In this document: in pieces, positions 1 through 10,129 of the stretch
Layout of the letters: each line of letters starts with the position of its first letter
How positions within the stretch are numbered: the first letter of the stretch is position 1
NCBI RefSeq assembly: GCF_000092105.1
Contig: NC_014148.1
Span: forward strand, 540,001-572,000
From: Planctopirus limnophila DSM 3776
GTDB taxonomy: Bacteria; Planctomycetota; Planctomycetia; Planctomycetales; Planctomycetaceae
Length of the DNA: 32,000 nucleotides
Direction: 5' to 3'
Translations under genes and position numbers: made by a program
Notes under the pieces: generated by a model
Databases searched by the model: none
The model's input: the letters and a program-made list of their open reading frames with translations, nothing else
What the model was told of the DNA's origin: nothing

Positions 1-1
1 A

Positions 2-874
2 ATTGCTTTGGGCTTCTTCCCCTGGTCGATTTTTCTGCCGGCAGGGATCTGGCAGATGACCCGGCAAGTGCGAAAACCTTCAAACGACCGTGCGGCAGTC
101 ACCTTTGTCGCCACCTGGGCCATGGTCTGGATTGGTTTCTTTTCGCTGGCCAGCACCAAATTGCCCAACTATGTCCTGCCCAGCTATCCGGCCCTCGCCT
201 TACTTGTAGCCAATTACCTTTCTGAATGGATGCAGGAAGCCTCTCACATCCGTTCGCTGGGATTTCGCAATGCCTGCCGGCTCCTTTCGGTGGTTGGCAT
301 CGTCGCTATTCCAGCCCTGATCTACGCCACCAGCATTTACCTGCCGAATGAAGTCTGGCTTGCCAGTCTGGGGGTCATTCCTCTGGTTGGTGGAGTCCTC
401 GCTTTCAGTGCTGCTCAAAAGGCATTAAGGCATCGAGCCGTTGCGATCTGCTGTGCTTCGGCACTGCTGCTTTCTTTAGGCATGATGGGCGTCGCTGCCC
501 CACGCATCAGCCGCTACCAGGATTCTCCTCAATTGGCCAAACTGATCCGGCATGAAGCCAACGGACGCCCGGTGCGGATCGCGACACACAATTATTCAGC
601 CCCCAATGTCGTCTTTTATGCGGCACAACGCATCGAAAGGCTCGATTCTCCCAAAGACATTACAAAGTTCTTCCATGAGGCTCCCGAAGGTTATCTGATT
701 ACCCGGGCGGATCGCATGGAAGACATTGTCGATGCGCTCCCTCAGGAGATCACGATTCTGCACCGCATGCCCAGATTTCTACGCCGGCATGACCTGATTG
801 TGCTGGGCAATCAGAGTAAAGCCGCATCGATGACCGCTGCCGCACAGGATCTGGATCGTCTCCGCTGGCAATAA
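2..874 (+). CDS. Glycosyltransferase family 39 (ArnT/PMT-like membrane glycosyltransferase), C-terminal part; 5' end lies outside the window
   Basis: The frame is open from the first bases of the window; the TTG at 8 is only the first start-like codon. Several hydrophobic helices surround ...STKLPNYVLPSYPALALL..., followed by a soluble C-terminal domain, as in ArnT/PMT_2-type enzymes. Stop at 872-874. Confidence 0.55.
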   Translation: MALGFFPWSIFLPAGIWQMTRQVRKPSNDRAAVTFVATWAMVWIGFFSLASTKLPNYVLPSYPALALLVANYLSEWMQEASHIRSLGFRNACRLLSVVGIVAIPALIYATSIYLPNEVWLASLGVIPLVGGVLAFSAAQKALRHRAVAICCASALLLSLGMMGVAAPRISRYQDSPQLAKLIRHEANGRPVRIATHNYSAPNVVFYAAQRIERLDSPKDITKFFHEAPEGYLITRADRMEDIVDALPQEITILHRMPRFLRRHDLIVLGNQSKAASMTAAAQDLDRLRWQ

Positions 875-879
875 AAAGC

Positions 880-1896
880 TCAATCAGAAGTCATTGGCCC
901 GACATGCACGATCACCTGATCGTGCATTGTGTAAAGGCGATAGCGCAATCCATCGTGGACGATGATTCCGCTCGACTTATTTTCATCAATCGGCCTGAGT
1001 GGCCCGCCCGGATACTTCTCCCAGTGGTGTAAGTCGGTCGAGCGTGCCAGACCTGTCGCCCAGCGACGAGGTGTGGTGGCATCTCCCGAGCCGTGAAACA
1101 CCATGTAGTACATCCCTCCATGACGAAACACCTGATTCGCAGCAATCTGCAGGCGATCAAAATCCTGGGGCCCACAAACCATTACAGGGTCGTCCTGGAC
1201 CAGTTGCCAGACTTTGCCATCTGCAGACGTGGCGTGCCAGATCCCCAGATCCCGCCGCTCGTAGAACAGGTGCCATTGATTACCTTCAATCCACAATGTC
1301 GGTGTCCCATAAGGACCCGGCTCAATTGGTTCACCTGACCTTTTGCGGATGTCCACTTGTCCCAGATGCGACCACTCGATTCCATTTTGTGATTGAAACC
1401 ACTGCATCTGATCCCCTTCCCCTTCCGCGAACATCAGGAAAGGAGCAGAGGACGTGTTTTTCTGGCTGTTGTGCGTACGAACACACACATCTTCCACCCA
1501 ACGGCCGGGAATCAGTGGTTCAGGCTGACTCCGTTCAAATCGCAAACCATCTTTGGAATGTGCCAATCCCAGTTGTCGAATGCCGGTTTTGCTACCGTCG
1601 TAGCCTGTGTAATACAGTCGCCAGTCGTCAGGAGAGAGCCGCAGGATATCCCCTCGTTCACGAATTCGAGCATCCCAGGCCGGTTTTTCCTGGCTGGAAA
1701 GTTCTTGCGATGTCGGTAAACCTCGACCTGTAAAAATGGGCTCTAATGAAAGAGGCGTAAATTCTGTAAGTGCTCGCGGCCAAGGTCGCGCAGGTGGCAC
1801 AGAAGAGATGTTATCTTCCGCGATCACCCACCGCTGGCTCATGAGAATCACCGCACAACTGGCCAGCAGAAATCGATGCATCGCTTTTTGCCACAT
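880..1896 (-). CDS. Secreted five-bladed beta-propeller glycosidase-like protein (GH43/GH32/GH130-like superfamily; family not resolved)
   Basis: The ORF runs 880-1959. Internal ATGs at 1896 and 1881 precede a signal-peptide-like MHRFLLASCAVILMSQRWVIAEDN. Repeated blade-like motifs are present (WRLYYTGYDG, GLAHSKDGLRFER, NQWHLFYERRD, WHATSADGKVWQ, MYYMVFHGSG). Convergent with the GT39 gene, with 5 nt between the stops. Confidence 0.5.
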   Translation of the reverse strand: MWQKAMHRFLLASCAVILMSQRWVIAEDNISSVPPARPWPRALTEFTPLSLEPIFTGRGLPTSQELSSQEKPAWDARIRERGDILRLSPDDWRLYYTGYDGSKTGIRQLGLAHSKDGLRFERSQPEPLIPGRWVEDVCVRTHNSQKNTSSAPFLMFAEGEGDQMQWFQSQNGIEWSHLGQVDIRKRSGEPIEPGPYGTPTLWIEGNQWHLFYERRDLGIWHATSADGKVWQLVQDDPVMVCGPQDFDRLQIAANQVFRHGGMYYMVFHGSGDATTPRRWATGLARSTDLHHWEKYPGGPLRPIDENKSSGIIVHDGLRYRLYTMHDQVIVHVGPMTSD

Positions 1897-2040
1897 TTCA
1901 GAGATCACAGGGAGACTCCCGTCTGTCGATCTTTTCGCCAACCAGCCTGATTCGTACACTGTAGGGGGCCCATGGTTTTACCAGCGATCCGACCTTGATT
2001 TTGACACGCGGTGGATTGAACTCGTTTCGGCCTCGACTTC

Positions 2041-3816
2041 ATGTTCCAAACTTCAACGCATGATCGCAACCGCCGATCGCCTCAACCGATGGTCACAACC
2101 TTCGGCCACGGGCCTTTGCGTACCACCGTTGAATGTGTGGTGGCTCTGTTATTGGCCGTATTGCTGTTTCGAACCTTTGCGGCAGAAGGCTTTATGATCT
2201 CTACGGGGTCGATGGCCCCGACATTACTCGGTTTTCATAAACGGGTGGCCTGCCCCAAATGCGGTGAATTGTTTGCCTATGGAACTGCCTGGGATGAATC
2301 GGCCAATCACCTGGCGGCCAGTTCATCGGAGTTTGAGGTGGAACAATCGATCTGCCCCAATTGCAGCCAGCAGGGGATCGATCTCAGCCATGTCCCGAGA
2401 AATCATGGGGATCAGTTACTGGTCAACAAACAGGCTTATTTGTGGAGCTCTCCCCAAAGATGGGAGATTGCGGTTTTTCGTAACCCGAATCTGCCTACGG
2501 AAGCCTACGTCAAACGGATTGTCGGTCTGCCCGGTGAAGCCGTTTCGATCCGAAATGGCGATCTCTGGATTAACGGCGAAATTGCCCGTAAACCACTCGC
2601 TGTGCAGCGGACAATGTGGATTCCTGTCTATCATCAGGAACATCGTCCCACTCACGATACCAGCTTTCAGGATCGCTGGGTCAGCACTGATGGCTGGCTG
2701 GAGCCCACTTCCAACCTTCGTGGCTGGAGAAGTTCGCCCACCTCGTTTCTCTTTCGAGAACAGACAGCAGGCGGCGCTACTGAGGCTCTCCCTGCGATAA
2801 GTTCTGATTCTGAACAAAACATAACATCTCAACCTGCTGGCCAGACGGCTGTGGCTGCAGAATCCTCCATTTCCTGGATCGAGTACCAGCACTGGGTGCG
2901 TTCCGGTGGAACTCATATCACCACTGTCACTCTCGAAGAGTGGCCGAGCGATCTTCAACTGGCCACACTTCCCCCGTCGGGTTTGAAATACGACTCGAAA
3001 ACTAAAAAACTCTCCTGCTTTGGTGTCCTCCCCGATGACGTCGTGTCGTTTTTAAGGACAAACTCGCAGAACCTCGTCTTTCTGCAGGCGATCGACAAAT
3101 TGAAGGCCGCCTCTCACCTGGCTCCTATCACGGATCGTTACGGCTACAACCCAGCAGCCAACTCCATGGAACCAAATTCTGTCCGCGATATTGCCTTCGT
3201 TGGTGACCTTTCGTTGCCGCAGGAACAGGGACGCTTCTTCATTCAACTGACGGATGGTTTCGAACGATACACACTGGATTTTGACAGCGAGCGCGAATCG
3301 GTCCGGCTATTCCTGGAGGGAACGGATCGACCACTGCGAGTGGGTCCCTGGTCTCCTCCAGAACGTGGTCAGAGTGTGCAGATCGAGGCTTCCATGATTG
3401 ACCGGCAAGTGGCCCTGGCGATTGATGGGCACGAAGTCTTCCCCGCGTGGCCAATTTCAGCTGTTCCTCTGGGGGCAGAGTCACCTCGCTCACCTGTTCG
3501 ATTTGGCGCACTGAGTGGAACAGTGCGAATTTCCAATCCCACGCTCTATCGGGATGTCTTTTATACGTTCCATAGAAGTCGCCACGCGGTCAATCGCCCC
3601 TATCAGCTGGGGCCGGATGAATTCTTTGTCCTTGGTGATAACAGTCCCGTTTCGCACGATAGCCGACAGTGGGAAGTCCCGGGTGTTCATCGCAAATTGC
3701 TGGTCGGAAAACCTTTTCTCGTCCATTTACCTTCACAGCCCGGTCGCCTGAAGATTGGTGATCAGGAATGGCTGCTCCGCCTCCCGGACTTTGATCGAGT
3801 CCGTTTTCTCAGGTAG
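2041..3816 (+). CDS. lepB: Signal peptidase I (S26 family) with a CxxC...CxxC zinc-ribbon insert and a very large insertion between boxes D and E
   Basis: N-terminal TM helix. Box B is STGSMAPTL (Ser57), box C GDQLLVNK, box D YVKRIVGLPGE (Lys158), box E FFVLGDNSPVSHDSRQW (from residue 532). CPKC (71-74) and CPNC (105-108) lie between boxes B and C. An alternative start is Met17 at 2089. Confidence 0.85.
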   Translation: MFQTSTHDRNRRSPQPMVTTFGHGPLRTTVECVVALLLAVLLFRTFAAEGFMISTGSMAPTLLGFHKRVACPKCGELFAYGTAWDESANHLAASSSEFEVEQSICPNCSQQGIDLSHVPRNHGDQLLVNKQAYLWSSPQRWEIAVFRNPNLPTEAYVKRIVGLPGEAVSIRNGDLWINGEIARKPLAVQRTMWIPVYHQEHRPTHDTSFQDRWVSTDGWLEPTSNLRGWRSSPTSFLFREQTAGGATEALPAISSDSEQNITSQPAGQTAVAAESSISWIEYQHWVRSGGTHITTVTLEEWPSDLQLATLPPSGLKYDSKTKKLSCFGVLPDDVVSFLRTNSQNLVFLQAIDKLKAASHLAPITDRYGYNPAANSMEPNSVRDIAFVGDLSLPQEQGRFFIQLTDGFERYTLDFDSERESVRLFLEGTDRPLRVGPWSPPERGQSVQIEASMIDRQVALAIDGHEVFPAWPISAVPLGAESPRSPVRFGALSGTVRISNPTLYRDVFYTFHRSRHAVNRPYQLGPDEFFVLGDNSPVSHDSRQWEVPGVHRKLLVGKPFLVHLPSQPGRLKIGDQEWLLRLPDFDRVRFLR

Positions 3817-3829
3817 CGATTTCATCGTG

Positions 3830-3852
3830 GCTTGAGCCGGTTGAGCTCAAGC
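3830..3852 (+). terminator. Hairpin after lepB (8-bp stem GCTTGAGC/GCTCAAGC, 7-nt loop), no U-tract
   Basis: Seen directly, 14 nt after the lepB stop. The lack of a T-run makes terminator function uncertain. Confidence 0.25.
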
Positions 3853-4139
3853 GGGGATTGATCTCCCGAACTTTCACAAAAGCTGCCTTTTGGGAGCAAT
3901 TCCTCGAGTGGTTCGACCAACTCAGTCTTGACTATCAGATTTCCGCGAAGTCGTGCATGCCGTGAACGAAAAGTCTCAATCTGACGCGGCAGGTGAGCCA
4001 CAGTCGATCTAAAAAATTGCCGAAAGTCGTAGCGCCAAGGGGTTTCTCAGTACCAAAACCGAAATGCCACTGCGGGCGATAAAACGTAAGGTGTTTTTGA
4101 GTAATAGGTTGCGTTCATTTTCTGGAAAGTCCGCCAACC

Positions 4140-4167
4140 TTGCAGGGTGAGTAGGGGTTGCTATACT
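4140..4167 (+). promoter_or_regulatory. Candidate sigma70-type promoter for the tRNA-tuf unit (TTGCAG - 16 nt - TATACT)
   Basis: The hexamers were read directly, about 130 nt upstream of the first tRNA in a 480-nt gene-free region. No experimental support. Confidence 0.3.
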
Positions 4168-4298
4168 TTTCATCCAAATCGATTTTCTCAGAAAAGAAGT
4201 CTCGCACTTGGTGAACTGGCCGGTGGCTGGTGTGTCAATTGTGTGGCCTGCTTCGAGGTGACGAGTTATTTCGTCATCAACTGAGGAAGTCAGTTCAA

Positions 4299-4370
4299 GC
4301 TGGTGTAGCTCAACGGTAGAGCTCCTGTTTTGTAAACAGGAGGTTGTGGGTTCGAATCCCTCCGCCAGCT
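4299..4370 (+). tRNA. tRNA-Thr (anticodon TGT)
   Basis: Cloverleaf read by hand. Acceptor GCTGGTG/CGCCAGC, D-arm TAGCTCAACGGTAGAGC, anticodon stem CCTGT/ACAGG with loop TTTGTAA, T-arm GGTTCGAATCC. No encoded CCA. Confidence 0.9.
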
Positions 4371-4386
4371 TTTGTGAATTTTCAGC

Positions 4387-4468
4387 GGCGGAGTTCCCGA
4401 GCGGTCAAAGGGGCCAGACTGTAAATCTGGTGGCTATGCCTTCACAGGTTCGAATCCTGTTTCCGCCA
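4387..4468 (+). tRNA. tRNA-Tyr (anticodon GTA), class II with long variable arm
   Basis: Acceptor GGCGGAG/TTCCGCC, anticodon loop CTGTAAA, long variable arm, T-arm GGTTCGAATCC. No encoded CCA. Confidence 0.9.
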
Positions 4469-4501
4469 ATTTTTGTGTGTTGATTGCTTTTCGAAGTAGT
4501 T

Positions 4502-4575
<74 letters not shown>

Positions 4576-4733
4576 TGTGTGAAAATGTCACATTTGTGCA
4601 GCTTCCTGGGGTTTCTTGTAGAGAGACTCCCAGGTTTCAAAGCTGTGCAGGTCGTGTCGGTTGACATTGCGGAAAATTCGGGTCATCGTCTACAGCCTCG
4701 TAGGGAAGTTGTCGGTGATTTGAAGTTGATCTC

Positions 4734-4806
4734 GCTGCCGTAGCTCAGTTGGTAGAGTGCGTCCTTGGTAAGGACGAGGTCGTGGGTTCGAATCCCACCG
4801 GTAGCT
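4734..4806 (+). tRNA. tRNA-Thr (anticodon GGT)
   Basis: Acceptor GCTGCCG/CGGTAGC, D-arm TAGCTCAGTTGGTAGAGT, anticodon stem CGTCC/GGACG with loop TTGGTAA, T-arm GGTTCGAATCC. No encoded CCA. Confidence 0.9.
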
Positions 4807-5038
4807 TTTGGTGGCGAGATTCTGGCAAGGTTGCCAGTCTTTACACGATGCAATTTTGTCTGGATGTTGGCAGTTTGGTTACTGTCAGCATCGATTGAGT
4901 GTTTGAGTCCACGTATTTGGCGTGGGTGCCGTCGTGGTGCCCATGGGATTGTCGTCCTCTCGTTCTGTCGTCCCAATTTGATACACGGGCGGAAAGTTCC
5001 GCTGGTCGACAAACAGCAACAAAGAAGGTTTCGGAGAA

Positions 5039-6235
5039 ATGGCGAAGGAAGTTTTTCAGCGGACAAAGCCCCACGTCAACGTTGGAACGATTGGTCACAT
5101 TGACCATGGCAAGACCACGACAACTGCCGCGATTCTGGCTGTGCAGACTGCCAAGGGTCTGGCCAAGTTCAAGAGCTATTCGGATATCGCCAAGGGTGGT
5201 ACCGTTCGCGACGAAACCAAGACCGTGACGATTGCCGTTTCACACGTCGAATACGAAACCGCCACTCGTCACTACGCTCACATCGATTGCCCAGGCCACG
5301 CTGACTACATCAAGAATATGATCACCGGTGCCGCTCAGATGGACGGCGCTATTCTCGTGGTTTCCGCTGCTGACGGTCCGATGCCACAGACTCGCGAGCA
5401 CATCCTGCTCGCCCGTCAGGTGGACGTCCCTGCTCTCGTGGTGTTCCTCAACAAGTGCGATCTCGTTGACGACGAAGAACTTCTCGAACTCGTCGAAATG
5501 GAAGTTCGTGAGCTCCTTACAAAGTACGACTTCCCCGGCGATGATATCACCATCGTTCGTGGCAACGCCAAGGGTGCTCTCGATAACCCAGCCGATCCTA
5601 AGTTCAACAAGTGCATCGGCGACCTGATGGACGCACTCGATGCCAACGTTCCTGAACCGGAACGTGCTGTCGACAAGCCCATGCTCATGTCGATCGAAGA
5701 CGTCTTCTCGATCGAAGGTCGTGGTACTGTGGTGACCGGCCGTATCGAGCAGGGCATCCTCAAGGTTGGTGATAAGGTTCAGATTATCGGTTTGAAGGAC
5801 ACCATTGAGTCGGTTTGCACCGGCGTGGAAATGTTCCAGAAGACTCTCGATGAAGGTCGTGCCGGCGATAACGTGGGTGTGCTCATCCGCGGTATCAAGA
5901 AGGAAGACGTGCAGCGTGGTCAGGTGCTGGCCAAGCCAGGTTCAATTCAGCCGCACACCAAGTTTGAGTGCCAGGTTTACGTGCTGAGCAAAGAAGAAGG
6001 TGGTCGTCATACCCCGTTCTTCAATGGTTACAAGCCACAGTTCTACTTCCGTACCACAGACGTCACCGGCGGTGCCAAGCTCCTCGGCGGCGCAGAAATG
6101 TGTATGCCCGGCGACAACGTGAAGATGGAAGTTGAGCTGCTCAAGCCCATCGCCATGACTGAAAACGTTCGTTTTGCTATCCGTGAAGGTGGCAAGACGG
6201 TCGGTTCAGGCGTGGTTACAAAGATTCTCGCCTAG
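5039..6235 (+). CDS. tuf: Elongation factor Tu
   Basis: The 398-aa ORF has GHIDHGKTT (P-loop), DCPGH and NKCD GTPase motifs and full-length EF-Tu architecture. GGAGA sits upstream of the ATG. Confidence 0.98.
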   Translation: MAKEVFQRTKPHVNVGTIGHIDHGKTTTTAAILAVQTAKGLAKFKSYSDIAKGGTVRDETKTVTIAVSHVEYETATRHYAHIDCPGHADYIKNMITGAAQMDGAILVVSAADGPMPQTREHILLARQVDVPALVVFLNKCDLVDDEELLELVEMEVRELLTKYDFPGDDITIVRGNAKGALDNPADPKFNKCIGDLMDALDANVPEPERAVDKPMLMSIEDVFSIEGRGTVVTGRIEQGILKVGDKVQIIGLKDTIESVCTGVEMFQKTLDEGRAGDNVGVLIRGIKKEDVQRGQVLAKPGSIQPHTKFECQVYVLSKEEGGRHTPFFNGYKPQFYFRTTDVTGGAKLLGGAEMCMPGDNVKMEVELLKPIAMTENVRFAIREGGKTVGSGVVTKILA

Positions 6236-6296
6236 TTAATCAGGATGGCTCTCATCTTTATGAGATGATCATGCCATGCTATTGATTGAGTGGTTT

Positions 6297-6331
6297 CCCC
6301 GCGGCTTTTTGGTAAGCCGCGGGGTTGTTTT
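6297..6331 (+). terminator. Rho-independent terminator after tuf
   Basis: Perfect 11-bp stem CCCCGCGGCTT/AAGCCGCGGGG (6297-6307 / 6314-6324) with a 6-nt loop, followed by TTGTTTT. Confidence 0.8.
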
Positions 6332-6407
6332 CAACAGTTCTCTGATTTTTGAGTAAACTCTGGCTGCCACGGTCGATGGCCGATGGTGCTGTTGGAGAGA
6401 GGCAATT

Positions 6408-6563
6408 ATGGCTCGCGAATTCGTTTGGCTCGAATGTACAGAATCTGGTCAGAGGAATTACCGCGTCTCCAAAGAGACTCGTGGTACGGAACGGCTGGAG
6501 CTCATGAAGTATTGCCCCAGGCTGCGGAAGCATACTCTCCATAAAGAGTCTCGTAAGAAGTAG
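6408..6563 (+). CDS. rpmG: 50S ribosomal protein L33 (51 aa; below the cutoff of the ORF track)
   Basis: Hand translation gives [51 protein letters not shown]. This is L33-like in length, basic C-terminus and position between tuf and tRNA-Trp/secE. GGAGAGAGG lies upstream of the ATG. Confidence 0.85.
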   Translation: MAREFVWLECTESGQRNYRVSKETRGTERLELMKYCPRLRKHTLHKESRKK

Positions 6564-6620
6564 TTTTCGGCTTCGAGGCCTGGATGGTGTGGCCATTGAA
6601 CGAGTCATGCCTTGAGGCTT

Positions 6621-6693
<73 letters not shown>

Positions 6694-6888
6694 TTCATAG
6701 TGAGATTTTCAGCTCACAACCACTCTGTCGTTCTCAGCCCTGATTGTCTTGGTCGTCCAGGGGGCTGGCGAGAAGGTCTGCAGCTGCACCCGCCAGTGGG
6801 TCTCGATTTTGATGAAGTTGGTTTCGATGATTTCAAGTCTTGATGAATGTTCAACGCAGAGTTGAGTGTCCGTCAGGCAGGTTAATGG

Positions 6889-7371
6889 ATGAATATGGCA
6901 AGCACTGCCCAAGCCACAATCTGGCAATCGATCATCTCTCCTGGCCTTTATAAAAGAAATCAGGGACGACTCGTTCGTTACCTGACGGCCGCTGCCATGA
7001 TTCTTGCGGTCCTCTTGGGCTCATGGACATTCTCTGTACGAGTCTTTGATGATCTCATGGCTCAGCTGAGTGCGGCTTTTCCGGCGATTTCGAACTTTTC
7101 GAATGCTATTCGAATTGCTGTGCCCACAGTGATGGCGGTACTTGGAAGCTGGTGTGCTTGGAGGCTTGTGCACTATCCCGTGTTTGCTGATTTTCTCATT
7201 GAAGTTGAATCAGAGATGAGCCGGGTCACGTGGCCGGAGCGACCTGAGCTCATGAAGGCTACCGGGGTGGTCCTTTTTGTGACAATTTCATTGAGCCTGG
7301 TTTTATTTGGGTTTGATCTCTTTTGGCAATGGGTGTTGGGCTTGATTGGCGTGTTGCAGATTTACGGTTAG
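6889..7371 (+). CDS. secE: Preprotein translocase subunit SecE (three-TM form)
   Basis: The C-terminal part is EVESEMSRVTWPERPELMKATGVVLFVTISLSLVLFGFD, a typical SecE core. It sits in the canonical position before nusG. Confidence 0.85.
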   Translation: MNMASTAQATIWQSIISPGLYKRNQGRLVRYLTAAAMILAVLLGSWTFSVRVFDDLMAQLSAAFPAISNFSNAIRIAVPTVMAVLGSWCAWRLVHYPVFADFLIEVESEMSRVTWPERPELMKATGVVLFVTISLSLVLFGFDLFWQWVLGLIGVLQIYG

Positions 7372-7575
7372 GCGACTGGATTCGGGCGGGCTGCCGGCAT
7401 TGATGGTGGTGGGGTTAACCCTTCGGATTCATTAAATTGAACCGGTCTCTGCTGAGTTGCAAAATCTCATAGCTGCTGTCATGATGCCTGCTTCGCGCAG
7501 AACGGCCATTTCTGGTTGGTGATCTATCTGGCTAGTAAAAATTGTTTTGCGATTAATTTGTCGGGAGGAGTTGTC

Positions 7576-8190
7576 ATGGCGGTAGATGGGAAAGCGACAG
7601 AAGGAGTCGCTGGGGGTGCTTCCTCCAGCAACTCAGAGGTTGCTTCGACCGAGAACGCCATGCTCTGGTACGTTTTGAAGATTACGAGCAATCGTGAGAA
7701 ATCAATTCGAGACAATCTCCTGAGGCGAATTCGGCAGGAAGGCCTCGAGCAGTTTTTTGGTGAGATTCTGATTCCCACTGAAAAGGTGGTAGAGAATAAA
7801 AACGGTAAAAAGAAAGTTGTCGAGCACAAGTTGTACCCTGGATACCTCATGGTTCAGATGATTCTGAACGATGACACCTGGTACATTGTGAGAACGACGG
7901 GTGGTGTGGGTGATTTCACTGGTTCTGCCGGTAAGCCGACACCGATGCAGGATCATGAGATAGCTCGTATGCTGCAGAAGCAGGAGCAGAAGCAGGAATC
8001 TGCTGCTCCTGCCATGAAGATTGAGTTTGCTGTGGGTGATATTGTCAAGATCAAGGAAGGGACCTTCGAAGGTTTTGAAGGCCCGATTGATTCGATTGAC
8101 GAAGCGAACGGCAAGATTAACGTACTAGTGGAAATTTTTGGACGGTCAACACCTGTTGAGCTGGAGTACTGGCAGGCCGAAAGGCCGTAG
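7576..8190 (+). CDS. nusG: Transcription termination/antitermination factor NusG
   Basis: The ORF opens at 7516, but GGAGGAG at 7564-7570 precedes the ATG at 7576. The NGN domain has [13 protein letters not shown] and the C-terminal KOW has [18 protein letters not shown]. Canonical secE-nusG-rplK order. Confidence 0.9.
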   Translation: MAVDGKATEGVAGGASSSNSEVASTENAMLWYVLKITSNREKSIRDNLLRRIRQEGLEQFFGEILIPTEKVVENKNGKKKVVEHKLYPGYLMVQMILNDDTWYIVRTTGGVGDFTGSAGKPTPMQDHEIARMLQKQEQKQESAAPAMKIEFAVGDIVKIKEGTFEGFEGPIDSIDEANGKINVLVEIFGRSTPVELEYWQAERP

Positions 8191-8257
8191 TCTCCGCTGC
8201 TGGTTGTTAACTCGTTCCAGGTGATAGATCTGCAATCCTTGTTGAAGCTGAATAGAT

Positions 8258-8692
8258 ATGGCCAAGAAAGAAGCGAAGATTAAGGCTCAGGTGAAGGTCC
8301 AGATCCCTGGGGGGAAGGCCACGCCGGCTCCTCCCGTGGGTACTGCACTCGGGCCTCACGGTGTGAATCTTGGTCAATTCGTGACTCAGTTCAATGATCG
8401 CACCAAAGATCTGAACGGAATGATTGTTCCGGTTGTGATTACGATTTTCGAAGATCGTACCTTCAAGTTTGAATTGAAGAGCCCGCCAGCCTCTGTGCTC
8501 CTGAAGCAGGCTGCTGCCATTGCCAAGGGTGCCAGTAAGCATCGCTCCGAGAAAGTCGGTTCAGTCACGAAGGCTCAGTTGGCTGAAATTGCCAAGACGA
8601 AGATGGCCGACTTGAACGCCTCCAGTTTGGACGCTGCTGTTCGAATTATCGCTGGTACGGCTCGCAGTGTTGGTCTCGAAGTTTTGGATTAG
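8258..8692 (+). CDS. rplK: 50S ribosomal protein L11
   Basis: The 144-aa ORF has [25 protein letters not shown], an L11 signature, and lies in the expected synteny. Confidence 0.97.
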   Translation: MAKKEAKIKAQVKVQIPGGKATPAPPVGTALGPHGVNLGQFVTQFNDRTKDLNGMIVPVVITIFEDRTFKFELKSPPASVLLKQAAAIAKGASKHRSEKVGSVTKAQLAEIAKTKMADLNASSLDAAVRIIAGTARSVGLEVLD

Positions 8693-8758
8693 TTTGTGTT
8701 TCTCTTTCGCGTTCGACTCAGTAGCGGTTTGCGACTGGGGAGCGATTAAGGATTAAGA

Positions 8759-9466
8759 ATGGCGACTGTTTCTAAGCGAATGAAGCATCTCGGCGAAATC
8801 GCCGGTAAGATTGGTGTGGTTGATCTGCCGGCAGCTGTTACATCTCTCAAGGGGATGGAGTCGAAGCTGCCCAAGGGTGTCAAGCCTTGCAAGTTTGACC
8901 AGACGGTCACCATCTCTGTCCGCCTTGGTGTCGATCCGCGTCAGGCTGATCAGATCGTCCGCGGCTCGATCGTTTTCCCTCACGGCATTGGTAAATCGAA
9001 GCGCGTGCTGGTCTTCGCTCAGGGCGACAACGTCAAGATTGCTCAGGACGCTGGTGCCGAGTTTGTCGGTGGCAAAGAGTTGGCCGACAAGATTAAAGAA
9101 GGCTGGGTTGACTTTGATGTCGCCATTGCCACGCCCGACATGATGGGTGTCGTCGGTCCCCTTGGCCGGGTCCTCGGTCCTCGCGGTTTGATGCCCTCTC
9201 CCAGGGCTGGGACAGTGACTGCTGACGTCGCGGCTGCCGTTAAAGAATACCGTGCTGGTAAAGTCGAGTTCCGCGTCGATGATGGCGGCAACGTCCATTG
9301 TGTAGTCGGCAAGATGAGCTTCGGCGAGCAACAGCTGATTGAAAACGTGGAAGCGTTTTTGAAGTACATTCGCTCACTCAAGCCCGCGACCTCCAAGGGC
9401 CAGTACATTCGTAATATTGTCATCGTCGGCAGCATGACTCCCGCCGTCTATGTGACTGCAGTCTAG
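8759..9466 (+). CDS. rplA: 50S ribosomal protein L1
   Basis: A 235-aa ORF of L1-like length and sequence ([29 protein letters not shown]), in the expected synteny. Confidence 0.97.
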   Translation: MATVSKRMKHLGEIAGKIGVVDLPAAVTSLKGMESKLPKGVKPCKFDQTVTISVRLGVDPRQADQIVRGSIVFPHGIGKSKRVLVFAQGDNVKIAQDAGAEFVGGKELADKIKEGWVDFDVAIATPDMMGVVGPLGRVLGPRGLMPSPRAGTVTADVAAAVKEYRAGKVEFRVDDGGNVHCVVGKMSFGEQQLIENVEAFLKYIRSLKPATSKGQYIRNIVIVGSMTPAVYVTAV

Positions 9467-9569
9467 TGCCGGTAGAGCCTTTGTGCTCTCCCACAGGTTG
9501 CCAGCGAATGGATGTGATGCTTCTTGTCATGCGAATTGTGGTTAATGGTTCGGAGTCGATTGAGAGATC

Positions 9570-10082
9570 ATGAGTAAAGTTGTCAAAAAAATGATGATCG
9601 ACGACATCCGCACAGCGGTCGGCGAACATCGTGATTTATTAGTTCTGGATGCCTCCAAGGTTGATGCAGTCTCCGCCAACAAGTGGCGACTGCTGATGCA
9701 GTCCAAGAAAATTTCTGTTCTGGGCGTGCGTAACTCAGTCGCCAATGCTGCTCTTCGAGAAGTCGGCATCGATCTGGCGGATTCGCTCAAAGGCCCTTCC
9801 ACTATAGTGTGGGGTGCTGAAGACGTTGTGGCTTTAGCTCGCGAGATTGTTGATTCCCTCAAGGACTGTAAAAACCTCGCAGTCAAGGGCGGAACTCTCA
9901 GTGGGACTGCTCTTTCAGCTTCTGATGTGGAGAAGCTCAGCAAGAGCCCTGGCCGCAAAGAGGTTCTGGGTCAATTGGTTGGTTTGATTCTGTCACCAGG
10001 TGCAAACCTGGCTGGTGCTCTCTTGGGTGCTGGTGGCACATTGGCTGGACAGGTGCAAAGCATTGCTGAGAAGACTGAATAG
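9570..10082 (+). CDS. rplJ: 50S ribosomal protein L10
   Basis: A 170-aa ORF between rplA and rplL with an L10-like N-terminal domain and an Ala/Gly-rich C-terminal helix region. Confidence 0.9.
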   Translation: MSKVVKKMMIDDIRTAVGEHRDLLVLDASKVDAVSANKWRLLMQSKKISVLGVRNSVANAALREVGIDLADSLKGPSTIVWGAEDVVALAREIVDSLKDCKNLAVKGGTLSGTALSASDVEKLSKSPGRKEVLGQLVGLILSPGANLAGALLGAGGTLAGQVQSIAEKTE

Positions 10083-10096
10083 TTTGGTCGTTTTCT

Positions 10097-10129
10097 GATC
10101 GCCTGCGATGGCATGCGATCTTATTTTTT
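10097..10129 (+). terminator. Terminator-like hairpin plus T-run between rplJ and rplL
   Basis: GATCGC C TGC GATG GCA T GCGATC gives 9 bp with one mismatch and a tetraloop (10097-10120). It is followed immediately by TTATTTTTT (10121-10129), 15 nt after the rplJ stop. Confidence 0.5.

Noticed and set aside
999-1733. 244-aa plus-strand ORF antisense to the beta-propeller gene
   Set aside because: The opposite strand encodes a protein with clear repeated blade motifs and a signal peptide. This frame is Pro/Ser/Arg-rich, as is typical of antisense translation.
4124-4135. GGAAAGTCCGCC, reminiscent of the RNase P RNA GGAAAGUCCGGGC motif
   Set aside because: No other RNase P RNA signature is present in the 3853-4298 region (no GGTAAGAGCGCACC-like or P4 3'-strand motifs). 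This is probably chance similarity within a promoter region.
6268-6282. TGCCATGCT after tuf as a possible third copy of the palindromic repeat
   Set aside because: Only about 9 nt match. The second arm (GCAAGCATG) and the flanking AGCGCTTT/TCAACACA motifs are missing.
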